From positions 112,158,001 to 112,222,000 of the forward strand of contig NC_043001.1 in assembly GCF_006345805.1 (NCBI RefSeq): a DNA stretch of 64,000 nt, given 5' to 3'. The position numbers and the translations under genes are program-made. Below the pieces are notes generated by a model that was given only the letters and a program-made list of their open reading frames with translations, made no database searches and was not told the DNA's origin. This DNA comes from Octopus sinensis. Lineage: Eukaryota. Shown one piece after another: positions 11,656 through 24,920 of the stretch (positions are counted from its first letter, which is position 1; each line of letters opens with the position of its first letter).

Positions 11656-12914
11656 AATATTAATATAGTTATGATGATGGTGATTATGAAGATGATTATT
11701 ACATGATGGTGATGCTGATGATGATGATAATGATGATTACGACGATGATGTTTTAGGGGTGATAGTGGCGGTGGTATTGGATGTTTGGTTGGGTGGTTGG
11801 CTGGTTGTAACGTAACCGTGCTTTCTATTGCAACACAGTTCGCTCTAAAGATTCTCTCATGTGGCACGAATAAGGTTTCCCGAAGCTGCATTTTGTTTGA
11901 TGAGGGTGTTAGTTGTGTCCTTGGATGTCGGGTGGTCGATATGGTGATAACAGAAACGCCAAGCGGAAGAACATCGGAATATCTTTCTACTTGCTGTCTT
12001 TGATATATGATATTCTTGAGATTTCATAATCTTGTCTTGTTTCTTTCTTAATCTGACATTCTCGAGTGGAACCTTTCATATTCTGCGCATCTCTATTTCT
12101 CGCTTATTTCCAATATCTATCCATCAAAAAATTTCTCTCCCCTTCTCTCTCTCTCTCTTCCCCCCCTCTCTCTCTTTCTCTGTCTATGTCTCTAAATATA
12201 CACACACATACACTCACATATATGTACATACATATGCATATGTGTGTGTATGCGTGTGTGTATATGTGCGTTTGCGTGTGCGTGACTGTGTGTGTATTTG
12301 ACCTTGCTATTTGTGGATGCGTTAGAGTTAGTGTGTGCACATATGTAAGACAATGAATGAACATACTTGCACCCATATAATGGGTATACATGTATCTCTT
12401 TCGTATTCTATTATGCGCGAGTACTCTTTATGTATGTGAATGTCATACGTATACATTGTATTGTGTTCTTACGTTTATTTCAGGAAGCAAATGGAATATA
12501 TTTGGAATGCTTCTCAAAATCTTTACTGCATACAACCAAGCCTATATTAAATATTCGACCGTCGACGAGGCACAACCTATAAATTTATCTTCTTAGTTAA
12601 ACTAAACTTCCGTTAACGTCCAGCTGAGGAGCATACTCTGCACTTCGATAGGTTGTTTTGCCTGGTACGGAGAACAAAACGGTATTCGGGACATTTTGCA
12701 CTCTCTATACTTCCTAGAATCTATGAGAGTAGTGTTATTTTTTGCGCTCACAGATTCCTGAGGGAGTCGTAGTGAAGGATGGGGATAAGGCGGGGCAATG
12801 TAAGGGTGGAGAAAAAAGTGAACTCAGTCAGAGCGTGGCATTTGCAGTTCCTCTGAACCTGTACATCAGAGGGTAATGGTCAGTGAAATTATTGATGTTA
12901 CAGATGTTTTTGTA

Positions 12915-13810
12915 TATGTGGTCTGATCAATAAGTATCGGGACCATTGCCATAGTAACGAAGCTAAAGCTTGCAGATTAAAATATCTTCACACAGATCGA
13001 CCATGAACTCTGTTGTGCATGTGCACTTAGTTTTAAAGTTCTAGCTCATTCCCGCTGTTTACAGCAGTGCTTGGAAGGAAGGTGTGAGCGTGCGATCGTC
13101 GCATTGACCATGACAGAAAGTTCAGCAGAGAATCTGCATAAAATTTTGCCAAAAGTTTGGCGATACCTGTGCAGAAGCCTATGCAAAGTTTTCAAAAAGT
13201 TTTCATCGTTCTCGATATAATCAAGGAGATCTTGTGCAACTGAAACCCAAGTTATTTTGGGGTCAGCTGAAGGCAGTTTTGGCACGAACTTGGCACACAC
13301 GAGTCTCATACCCAGATCCTCAATGATATTGGATTAAACTGAACCATAACTAATCTGGCCATCCTCTGATAACTCACAGTTGATGATTCGACGATTTCCC
13401 TTCACAGCTGCACGCACATCTACGATGTTTCTCTCAGTTTTGCTGGTTGCGGGTCATCCAGAACGTTCATAAATATTGACATTTTTCAGCCATCTTGGAA
13501 ACGTCTGAACCACTCGTACACTTGTGTGCTACTCGTACACTCCTCTCCATACACTTTCTCTAACTTTGTGTAGGCTTCTGAGCGGGTCTTGTCATGACAA
13601 CTTTCTCTGTCATGGTCAATGCGACGATCACGCGCTACATTACCTTCGTTCCGAGCACTGCTGTGAAGAACCGAAGTGAGCTAGAACGTTAACACGTACC
13701 GTGCATGCGCAGTAGAGTGTAAGGTCAATTTTTGTCTAGCGGCTTCACTCTGCCTGCTTTAGCGTCGTTACTACGGCAACAGTCCGAATACTTATTCATC
13801 AAACATAGTA
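12915..13810 (-). mobile_element. Internally deleted mariner transposon
   Basis: Imperfect TIRs of about 55 bp (tgatcaataagtatcgggaccattgccatagtaacgaagctaaagc and its inverse at 13755-13805), TA flanks; minus ORF RLVCAKFVPKL...VAQDLL...DENFLK is the mariner WVPHEL/linker region. Confidence 0.85.
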
Positions 13811-14097
13811 TGTGCTCTTTTGGTTCATCCAGCTCATTCAGTCAATGTGGGGGGGAGAACCTCAGCAATTATTTGAAGAAATTGCAGTAATGATTGGTAG
13901 CGTTCCATATGGTTTTCGATGTTTCGATATGGTTTTCCATTCAGTTTCAGAGATTCTGTGAGTGGTGAAAGGGTTTAGGTAGTTTACCATTTGATTTTTT
14001 TCTTCTGTTTTTAGTATTTTTGAATCAATATATTGTTTACAAACACTTCTTTGTTATTGCTTTCCGTTGGTCAAATATGGTAACTAAGTATATTTGT

Positions 14098-14262
14098 GCA
14101 TAGGAGTGGCTGTGTGTTAAGTAGCTTGCTTAAGAACTTCATGATTCCGGGTTCAGTCCCATTGCGTGGTACCTTGGGCAAGTGTCTTCTACTGTAGCCT
14201 CAGGCCGACCAAAGCCTTGTGAATGTATTTGGTAGGCGGAAACTCAAAGAAGACCGTCGTAT
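14098..14262 (+). mobile_element. SINE A, 5' half (interrupted by Penelope insertion)
   Basis: Head through gaagaccgtcgtata, exactly where the internal TA tract begins in intact copies. Confidence 0.88.
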
Positions 14263-16194
14263 ACTGTTATCCCTCACCACGAAGGACTGCAGGCCCTTCG
14301 ACACTTTCTTGACCTCCGCTCTAACCCTGTACCTGACACCTCCACACTCATTCGTCTGGCCGAACTTGTCCTTACTCTGAACTGCTTCTCGTTCGCGGGC
14401 GAGTTCTACCATCAGGTCTCGGGAGTGGCCATGGGAACGCGAATGGGCCCCAACTATGCGAACCTGTTCGTTGGCTATGTTGAGGCCCAAATATTCTCTA
14501 ATTTCACTGGTCCCACTCCTGAACTATATGGTCGTTATATTGACGACATTATCGGTGCCACCTCACTCTCCCGCGAACATCTAGATTCCTTCCTCTCTTC
14601 GTCCAATCTTTCCATCCAGCCCTCCACTTCACTTCCACTATCTCCAACACCTCTGTCTCCTTCCTCGACATTTCGGTTAGCATTCTTCACTCCACTCTAC
14701 CACCTCCATTCACTACAAACACACAGACTCACACTCATACCTCAACTTCTCTTCCTCCCACCCAGAACACACCAAGCTTTCCATCCCCTATTCCCAATTC
14801 CTCCGTCTACGTAGGCTCTGTAGTGACGACCATGACTTTGAGACTCAGTCTCAACGTATGGCTCACCACTTCACCCTACGTGGATACCCCCTCACCACTA
14901 TCCACACCGCCCTTGCCAGAGCACGGTCCGTGGACCGTGTATCTGCTCTCTCTCCCCGAACCCGCCCTGTAGTCTCCCGCCTCCCTTTTCCCCTCACTTA
15001 CCACCCCACGACCCTACGTCTCCAACGCACCATTCTTCGAGCTTTCCGTCATCTCCAGTCCGACCCGTCCACTTCACACCTCTTCCCTAACCGACCCCTC
15101 CCCTCTTTCAAACGAGCCCACAACCTTCGAGACCTTTTGGTCCATAGCTCCTTCCCTGACCCTACCTCCCAACCCGGCTCGTTCCCCTGCTCCCGCCCAC
15201 GTTGCCGCACTTGCCCTTACCTCTCCAACACCACCCGCCTCACTAGCACCCACCATCGACCCTATCCCATCATCCACTCCTTCACCTGCACCTCCAGCAA
15301 TATTATCTATTGCATCTTGCTCTCTCTGCAATTCCTTGTACATCGGACAAACGGGACGCCGCTTGGCTGACCGGTTCGCGGAACACCTTCGTGACATCCA
15401 CCTTGCGAACGACACACCGGTCTCACGCCATTTCCGCTCCACCGGTCACTCCTTGCAACACCTATCTGTGTTCGGTTTGTCCTTAAACAGAGGCCATCCG
15501 GATTCCCGTTTGCGCCGTGAACAGGAATTAATCTTCTCTCTTCGCTCTTATACGCCATTTGGTCTCAACTCTCCCCCCTCCTCATCTAACCCCCCTCTCC
15601 CCCCTCCTCACTATCCTTTCTCCCCCCCGACCCTACTTCTTCAGTCCTTCATCCTTTCACCCCTACTCCCCTTCCCTTCTTCCCTCTTTCTCCCTCCCTC
15701 TTCCCCTTCCCTCTGCTCCCTCACTCCCTCTCTCCCCTTCTCTCTCCCCCTCTCTCTCTCCCCCTCTCCCTCTTTCCTCCTTCATCCCCCTCCTCACCTT
15801 CCTTCTCCCCCATCGTCTCCTCTTCCCCCTTCTCCTCCCCCTCTTCTCCCCCTCCCCTTCTCTCCCCCTCCCCTTCTCTCCCCCCTCTTCTCCCCTCCCC
15901 CTCTTCTCCTCACTACACCACATGACTTTACACATCACATCACATATGATGTGCCATACTAATACACACACCAACTAATACATACTAATACGTACTAATA
16001 CATACTAGTACATACTAATACTTACACCAACCCTATACATACACACGTCCAGACCCCGCATACGCACTTATACTCTCTCACACACACACACACACACCTA
16101 TACATACCAATACGTACTAATACATACTAATACATACTAATACATACACCAACCCTATACATACACACGTCCAGACCCCGCATACGCACTTATA

Positions 16195-16231
<37 letters not shown>

Positions 16232-16602
16232 GTATACATACTAATACATACACCAACCCTATACATACACACATCCAGACCCCTCCCACGCACTTTTAGC
16301 TGGTCACTCAACCCTTTTATCAACCCTATTATCTCCCCTTATTTCGCTCTCGCGTCTCATGTTTGATCTTTGACCTCTGGCCGAAATCAGATCGCCATGT
16401 TGATTCGTTAGCTACTGCACGCATTTTTTTTCTCTCCTTCTTTCTGTGTTTTTTCTCTCTCTGTGTATCTTTCTGTTGAAGAGCGTAGGCTCGAAACGTT
16501 AAATACTTGTTTTATTTATATTTCCTGAGCGCCATACTAATACAATTGTTCGTTTGTCTTCCACCTGCCTTCGTCTTTTGTTTATTTTCATAAAGCTTCC
16601 CG

Positions 16603-16604
<2 letters not shown>
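14263..16604 (+). mobile_element. 5'-truncated Neptune-type Penelope-like retroelement (RT + Zn linker + GIY-YIG), frameshifted, with 3' terminal repeat
   Basis: GVAMGTRMGPNYANLF, RYIDD, HYKHTDSHSYL, FPCSRPRCRTC linker, NIIYCI/LYIGQTGRRLADRFAEH; frameshifts near 14600 and 15318; pyrimidine tract, minisatellite, then terminal repeat with hammerhead-like core at 16473-16500. Confidence 0.92.
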
Positions 16605-16649
<45 letters not shown>

Positions 16650-16662
16650 ATATATATTATAT

Positions 16663-16760
<98 letters not shown>

Positions 16761-16989
16761 TGTTTGTATGTGTGTGTGTGTATATATTTGTGTGTCTGTG
16801 TTTGTCCCCCCGACATCGCTTGACAACCGATACGGGTGAGTTTACGTCCCGGTAACTTAGCGGTTCGGCAAAAGAAATCCGATAGAATAAGTACTAGGCT
16901 TACAAAGAATAAGTGCTGGGATCGATTTGCTCGACTAAAGGCGGTGCTCCAGCATGACCACAGTCAAATGACTGAAACAAGTAAAAGAG
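16605..16989 (+). mobile_element. SINE A, internal microsatellite and 3' half
   Basis: (TA)n(TATG)n then tttgtccccccgacatcgcttgacaaccg...gactgaaacaagtaaaagag. Confidence 0.88.
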
Positions 16990-17086
16990 CGTTTTGCTGT
17001 TTTAACTGTTTTCATACGCGTTTCTCGCAGAACTGTTGCATTGAAATAAGAATATTTGCTCTTCTGTGTGTGTGATGTGTGTGTGT

Positions 17087-17123
<37 letters not shown>

Positions 17124-17734
17124 TATATCTATATTGTTGTGAGAGATGATTAATTGTATTTGATGTTACCTGATGTCACTATTAGAACAACGTGTGGATT
17201 TCGTCAGGTGTTCCTTTCATTTTGCTGTTACCGATCGCCGTCGAGACGCCAGGTGTTCTAGGACCCCTACTACCGATTTACTCCGTAAAATAGGGACCCC
17301 CACGTAAAATGAGCCCCACTGAGTGTAGCGGTTGCTGCAGCGAATGCCGCTTGCCATTCACCGTGGCATTGCTATCAGGGGTCATAATAAAGGGGTGCTG
17401 CTGAGCACTCCCATTGTTTTGGGATATGAGGCCCGTTGTTCCTGCCCCCCCCCCATCTTCTGCTCCTTTACCCCACCTTTTTCTTTTCTTTCTCTTCCTT
17501 TCTTATTTGTCTTTTTTTCCTTGTTTCTCTGTATTTAGATGTAAAAAAAAAAATTAAAATCCGTCGAAATAATAATGATAATAATAATAATAATAATAAT
17601 AACATATATATATATATACGTTTATATCTATATCTATATCTATCTATAAATACATATATATATACATATATATATATACATACACATACATACATATATA
17701 CATACATACATACATACATACATACATACATACA

Positions 17735-17770
<36 letters not shown>

Positions 17771-18406
17771 TATTTAAACATAATAAAAAATATTAGGGTA
17801 ATAAGAATTATAGAAATTATTATTACGAGTGGCCTAGCACAAAAAAAAAGTCAATTATTCACATAAAAATATCATGTACATTAAAACACATTAAGAAGCT
17901 TCCAAATAGGAAAGCCTTGTGCTAGAAAGAGCAGTTGAAAACTCAAACCACTAATTAGGGATACATTCTCGAAGGGATTGAAAATTAAAAACGTTTATAT
18001 AAAGTGTTTGAAGTGGTGTACAGATATTATATATTGAGAAAAAGGAGGCAGTCAGAATTTTGGATAATCCTTTATTAACGCTTTCGCTTATTTAGGAACT
18101 CGTCAAGATAAAATCAAAATGGGAAAAGCAGAAGGTTCCATGGTTCATTTATATGAATCGGATGTTTTTTTGTTTGTTTAGAATTGGAAAATATTGTTTT
18201 TGTTCTTTTTCCTTTTGAAAAAAGGAAGGGAGAGAGAAAAATATAAATAAAAACAAAGTGGGTGGAGGGAAAATAGATAGAGGGGTTTCAGGACAATCAA
18301 GAGAGAGGCAAAAAAATAATGATAAAGGATGGGGAAAGGATAGATAGATAGATAGATAGATAGAGAGAGAAAGAGCGAGAGTGAAAAGAAACCTCTCTCT
18401 TTTTCT

Positions 18407-18478
<72 letters not shown>

Positions 18479-18981
18479 GTGTGGCTGTGTGTGAATAAAA
18501 TTTTACAAGCTGAAAGCTTATAAGCGATCACTGTATATTGACTAAATAAAAAATTGTAATATTGGGGCATATAAACCCACGAGCGCAAAAAAGTCTTCCG
18601 TATGCGTGGGATTCGATATATATATATAACAATTCGAATTTAAATTATAGCTATGAAACGTACGTAGTCTTTTTACTTATTATATATTGTTTATTCATTT
18701 TTGTACTTGTTGTGATCTAGTTATATGTTTTAAAATATATTGAATTTTTTAATTTTTGATTTGGTTTATGTCTATCATTGTTTGAATTGCATAATAGTGT
18801 TTTTTTCTCTAATTTATAGATATACATATACTTATACATACATGCATATATATATATAATATATATATATTTATAATAAGAGTAGATCGTATACGAGTGG
18901 GTATATATTTGTAAAAAAGAAGTTTGAAAACGCCACTATATTAGATAAATTTTAATTTTCTTATGAATTTTACATGTTTCG

Positions 18982-19184
18982 GTTCTTGGAAAAACGAACC
19001 TTATCAAAAATATTATAAAAAGTGTAATGGAGAAGAAAAGTGTAATGGAGAAGTTCATAATCGTTTCTTACTGGTCTCAATAGAATCCATGTTCTTGAAA
19101 AAACGAACCTTATCAAAAATATTATAAAAAGTGAAAATTGAAAAGTTCATAATCGTTTCTTACTGTTCTCAATAGAATACATGT
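18982..19184. repeat. Tandem duplication, about 109-bp period, 2 copies
   Basis: gttcttg(g/a)aaaaacgaaccttatcaaaaatattataaaaagtg...tcataatcgtttcttact repeated at 18982 and 19091. Confidence 0.9.
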
Positions 19185-19299
19185 GGTGGTGTTTTGTCGG
19201 TAGTTGGTATAATCGTTGAGTGTATTGAAGAAGTCCATTATTAGATATATATATATATTATATATATATATATATTATATATATATATATATATATTTC

Positions 19300-19790
19300 T
19301 ATGTGGTTCGAGAAGAATTGGAGTAATTGGACGTCACCGTCTGCAGAATGTTGAGACGATATGAGAACGTGTTGTCGTCTGCATATGAGGCTGTCTCTAT
19401 GTTTTACTGGAGGAGCTGGAAAGTCACGCAGCTATAGATTGAATAAACAAACTGAAATAAAAGGTCCCTGTAATACACCATTCAGAAATTACGAATCGTG
19501 GAAGGGATATTCTGGTAAAATTCAAAAGTTTGCTGGCCTGACGGGTAGTTTGCTAGCCAGCATTTTTTTGTTGTGCCATAAAGTGATTTTATGAATAATT
19601 TTATAGAAGCAGATAAAGGTGGCGTTTCAAAATAAAAACTTTATATCGATGGTCGTTCTAAGGCAGTTTTTGCTCTTGTGGATCCATTTTGTAATCGGAA
19701 GTGGGGACACATGAGACTTAGAGATGCTAGAATGAATTTTCAAGAATTCGTCAGAATGTGTACGAGAAAGGGTGATGGGTTCGTATGATG
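19300..19790 (-). mobile_element. CR1/L2/Jockey-like RT fragment
   Basis: Minus strand NGVLQG (GVPQG-like) followed by SYADDNT; YADD codons at 19374-19385. Confidence 0.65.
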
Positions 19791-19894
19791 TTACTGCAGT
19801 TGGCATTTTGCTGGGCTTTAAAATTATTATTTAAAATTATTATAATTATCTCCATCTACCAGAGGATGCTGTTCATGGTGATTGTGAGGATGGA

Positions 19895-20621
19895 GATGAT
19901 GATGATGATGATGATGATCATCATCATCATCATCATCATTATATTGTGTTGACAACGACGACGATGACTGAGGGGATGTTTGTTGATGATATTAAATCGG
20001 TTGATGGTGTTGATTAGGGTGGTGGGGTTTGTAATGATGATGGTGATGATGATGATGATGATGATGATGATATGATGATGATGATGATGATGTCAATGAT
20101 GCTGATGTCGATCATGATGCTGATAATGATGAAAATGATGAAGTGGAATTATAAAGAGAAGACCCACCTACCCACCCAAACACTACCAATGCTCTCGTCA
20201 CCACCACCACCACCACCACCACCAACACCACCACTCCCGCCACCAGCACCGATCCAGCTACCACTACCGATTCCACTATCCTCTCTTCCATCGCTAGCAC
20301 CATGACCAACATCAACAATAATAAGGCATCCACCACCACCACCAACACCAACACCATAACCACTACCACAACCACCACCTTAACCACTATCACCACCATC
20401 TTAACTACTACCACCACCTTAAACACCTCCACCACTAGTACCACCATCGCCACTACCACCAGCAACAACAACAACGAAACATTACCACATCTGCTACCAA
20501 CAATTACAGCACCGCCATCATCACCATCATCATCATCATCATCATCATCATCACCACCATCATCATCATCACCATCATCATCACCATCATCATCATCATC
20601 ATCATCATCACCAACACCACC

Positions 20622-20655
<34 letters not shown>

Positions 20656-20671
20656 TTATCATCACCACCAC

Positions 20672-20706
<35 letters not shown>

Positions 20707-20710
20707 CCAC

Positions 20711-20742
<32 letters not shown>

Positions 20743-20747
20743 CCACC

Positions 20748-20781
<34 letters not shown>

Positions 20782-20870
20782 TCATCATTATCATCACCAC
20801 CACCATCATCATCATCATCATCATCATCACCATCATCATCACCATCATCATCATCATCACCGAAATCATT
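19895..20870. repeat. Compound (GAT)n / (ACC)n / (ATC)n tract
   Basis: Trinucleotide runs giving poly-M/S/T/V ORFs. Confidence 0.93.
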
Positions 20871-20990
20871 AACAAATCCATATATCTGTTACTTCAGTAA
20901 AATGACGTCATACCTTTCGTATGTGTGTGTGTGTATGTTTCCCTATGTTCCAATGTGTCTGTATGTTTGCTTGCGCGTGTGTGTGTATGT

Positions 20991-21027
<37 letters not shown>

Positions 21028-21356
21028 CAAAGGTGTGTTTGTGAGTTAGCTTGTGTATGTAGGGAGAGAAGAATGCGAGTGCGTCTTTATGTACATTCAA
21101 AAATATAATAGAAATTATGCGAATGTATATGACAACGTCTATATGAATGTGTATGTGTGTGAGATAATTTGTTTGCGAGGTAATTCGTATATGTATATGC
21201 GTATACACGAATATGTGTATGTGACAACGTGTATGTGTGCAAAACTTTTTCGAATATATATGAGTGTGCGTTTGTGAAAATCTGTATGTGGATGTGTGTG
21301 TGTGTTTGTGTTTAAGTACGAGAGTGTGTGACTGCAAATATGAACATTGGTAAGTG

Positions 21357-21387
<31 letters not shown>

Positions 21388-21418
21388 TGAGTGTGTGTAT
21401 GTGTATGTGTGTGTGTGT

Positions 21419-22080
21419 TGACAGGGTCATCTGATCAGTGTGTGTTAGCAACTGTGACTGAATGTGTGCATGTGTGTATGATTATGTGTATGTGTGTGTA
21501 TGTGTGCGTGTGTGTGTGTGAGTATGTGTATGTGTGTGTGTGTGTATATATGTGTAACAGGGTTTTCTGATCAGTATGTGTTAGCCAATGTGTGTGACTG
21601 AAGGCGTGCAAGTGTGTATGCGTGTGTGTGTATGTGTGTATATGTGCGTGTGTGTGTGAGTGTGTGTATGTGTATGCGTGTGTGTACATGTGTGTAACAA
21701 GGTTTTCTGATCAGTGTGTGTTAGCAACTATGACTGAATGCGTGCATGTGTGTATGCATATGTGTGAGTGTGTGTGTATGTGTGCGTGTGTGTGTGTATG
21801 TGTATATGTGTGTGTATATGTGTGTAACAGGGTCTTCTGATCAGTGTGTGTTAGCAACTGTGCCTGAATGCGTGCATGTGCGTATGTGCATGTGTGTATA
21901 TGTGTATATGTGTATGTATGTATGTATGTATGCGTGTGAGTGTATGCATATGTGTGTGTGTAACATATTTTTCTGATCAGTGTGCGTTAGCAACTGTGAC
22001 TGAATGCGTGCATGTGTGTATGTGCGTATGTATGTGTATATGTGTATGTGTGTTTGAGTATAAGTGTATGTGCATGTGAG
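21419..22080. repeat. Minisatellite: about 55-bp conserved core x5 separated by (TG)/(TATG) spacers, period 130-140 bp
   Basis: Core taacagggttttctgatcagtgtgtgttagcaactgtgactgaatgcgtgca near 21420, 21556, 21696, 21826, 21961. Confidence 0.9.
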
Positions 22081-22478
22081 GGCGCACACGCATGGGATCC
22101 ATTGAATGTGTGGGTTGGCGTAATAGGTTTATATGTGAAACACTTTGGTGTTCCCTGCCCCCCCTCCTTACCCCAGCTATTACACACGATCACAGCTCCT
22201 CGTCCCGAGTGCATCCTTGTATGGTTGCCATATGCTTCAGTCTGGTTTTGAAAGAGGATTTAAATAACTCGTACATACACAGACGGACACATACACCCCC
22301 AAATTTACACACTCACACACACACACAAACACACGCACGCACGCACACACATACACGCACGCACGCATGCAAACACAAATACATACTCGTATTCACACGA
22401 ACACGTACACACAAAGATATATATATATACATATATAGTAATAGACACACACACACTTATATATATATTCATATATAC

Positions 22479-22515
<37 letters not shown>

Positions 22516-22593
22516 ATACAGATATATATACATATATATATTTATACACATACACACATATATATACATACGTACATATATATATATATATAC

Positions 22594-22666
<73 letters not shown>

Positions 22667-23077
22667 ACGTGCGTACATACACGCATTTACTACATAAGTG
22701 CATAATAAACTAGTGATGTAAATAAATAAATAAGTATATATGAAAGAATAAAATATATAAATTTGAAAAAGTAGGAGAGAAGAGAAAAGCGAGGCGGGAA
22801 GGCAGATAGAAAGGAGGAAGAGTAGGAAAGTAGAATGGAGCATGGTTGAAATGAGAAAAAGAGAAAGAGGTTCAGAAAGAAATCAAAAGAAGATTGCTAG
22901 GAAAAGTTGGATGGTGGTTGAAGGAGGAATGAAGGAAATGAAAGAAACGCTACTGTATGAAATTCTTTGACTTAAATCTTTTTATGTTGTGATTTCAAGC
23001 CCTGTCGTGGTCGTGTTTACCATTAATTTTACTGGAATTGATTAAATATGAACGTGTATGTTATTAATCTATGTATA

Positions 23078-23460
23078 GGAGGCGCAATGGCCCAGTGGTT
23101 AGGGCAGCGGACTCGCGGTCGTAGGATCGCGGTTTCGATTCCCAAACCGGGCGTTGTGAGTGTTTATTGAGCGAAAACACCTAAAGCTCCACGAGGCTCC
23201 GGCAGGGGATGGTGGGGATCCCTGCTGTACTCTTTCACCACAACTTTCTCTCACTCTTACTTCCTGTTTCTGTTGTACCTGTATTTCAAAGGGCCGGCCT
23301 TGTCACTCTCTGTGTCACGCTGAATATCCCCGAGAACTACGTTAAGGGTACACGTGTCTGTGGAGTGCTTAGCCACTTACACGTTAATTTCACGATCAGG
23401 CTGTTCCGTTGATTCGGATCAACCGGAACCCTCATCGTCGTAACCGACGGAGTGCTTCCA
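23078..23460 (+). mobile_element. SINE family B, full copy
   Basis: Near-identical to 8591-8980. Confidence 0.92.
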
Positions 23461-23760
23461 CCACACTGTTTAATATTATTGATCAATTTGATTAATTATA
23501 TAAAAAAGAAGGTAATACCCAACTCCAGGGTAGTCCTATGGCCTGTCAGTCTAGGAGATCCCGTCTGTTTGTTTTTTAGGCTGGTCCACCATCTATCTTC
23601 GGTTTGCCAGGTTTGTCGCGATTTCTCCATATTAATAATTTTTCCAAGTTGAGTGGTCTGGAGCAACGTGGAATGAAGTTCTTTGCTCAAAAGCAGAATG
23701 CTTCTCCCGGTCCAGGAATGGAAACCACATTCCTACGATTATGAGTCCAACACCCTAACC

Positions 23761-23990
23761 TATTTCTTTACTACCCACAAGGGGCTAAACATAGGGAGGA
23801 CAAACAAGGACAGACAAACGGATTAAGTCGATTATATCGACCAAGTATCGACCTGGTACTTATTTAATCGACCCCGAAAGGATGAAAGGCAAAGTTGACC
23901 TCGGCGGAATTTGAACTCAGAACCTAACGGCAGACGAAATACGGCTACGCATTTCGCCCGGCGTGCTAACGTTTCTGCCAGCTCGCCGCT
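23761..23990 (-). mobile_element. SINE C inserted into the A-box region of an older tRNA-type SINE head
   Basis: Flanks on the minus strand rejoin as cgtggcttagtgg|ttagggtgttggactcataatcg, the same head type as at 54531. Confidence 0.85.
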
Positions 23991-24446
23991 GGTTTCCACT
24001 AAGCCACGTGTTCCCACCATTAGTTATACTCTTCTTCCAAAATTCAGAAATTGATAACTTTCTTTTGTTTTTTTTCGATCTGAAACGTGTTTTATTTTTC
24101 CCTTTTCATAAAATCGGGTGGATGATATTGTGCCTTGTCCTAATTCATGTCCTAACCATGTCCTAACAATTAGGGCAAGAGTTCGTGCGCACGAGTACGT
24201 TGGGTTAATTTTTGAATCGAACGACGCATTGCATCCTTGAGGATGGTATTGAATTCGATGTTACTCCTGTCTACTCAGTTGAAAATCATTATGAGTCAAC
24301 AGCTGGTGCAACACTCTCTCCCTCCCCCAGCCACATCCTCTTCGTTCCATTGTGTTACCTATGAGTGTGCCGAGAGGATGACTATGTTGACTCGCAACTA
24401 TACAGACACCTAAAATAAAAAAAGCGAAAGTACAGCATATGCTACC

Positions 24447-24639
24447 TATTTCTTTATTACCCACGAGGGGCTAAACAGAGGGGACAAACAAGGACAGACA
24501 TAGGTATTAAGTCGATTACATCGACCCCAGTGCGTAACTGGTACTTAATTTATCGACCCCGAAAGGATGAAAGGCAAAGTCGACCTCGGCGAAATTCGAA
24601 CTCACAACGTAACGCAGACGAAATACCGCTAAGCATTTC
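24447..24639 (-). mobile_element. SINE C, 5'-truncated, 12-bp TSD
   Basis: TSD gcatatgctacc at 24435-24446 and 24640-24651. Confidence 0.9.
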
Positions 24640-24705
24640 GCATATGCTACCATTTCATATTCACTTGCGAATGATAGCTGTTTGCTTATGATTTACAACA
24701 GGCAC

Positions 24706-24862
24706 GAGGCCTGAAATTTGGGGCTAGTCGAGTATATCGGCCTCAGTGCCCTACTGGTACTTATTTTATCGACCCCAAAGAATTTGAACTCCGAATCGAG
24801 AAACGGACGAAATGCCGCTAAGCATTTTGTCCACGTGCTAACGGTGTGACTAGCTCACTGCC
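24706..24862 (-). mobile_element. SINE C, degenerate copy
   Basis: tggtacttattttatcgacccc...gaatttgaactc...aaatgccgctaagcattt. Confidence 0.75.
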
Positions 24863-24883
24863 TTCTCCAGTGGATAAAATAAC

Positions 24884-24920
<37 letters not shown>

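Noticed and set aside
12754-12872. Open 119-nt segment between cacag| and |gtaatg
   Set aside because: Weak donor, no recognisable peptide.
16499-17777. Numerous IY/YI, CV/VC, HT/TH and poly-amino-acid ORFs here and across the window
   Set aside because: Translations of di-, tri- and tetranucleotide microsatellites.
21419-22080. CRISPR-like repeat/spacer look
   Set aside because: Eukaryotic context, spacers are simple TG/TATG repeats, cores vary, no cas genes; it is a minisatellite.
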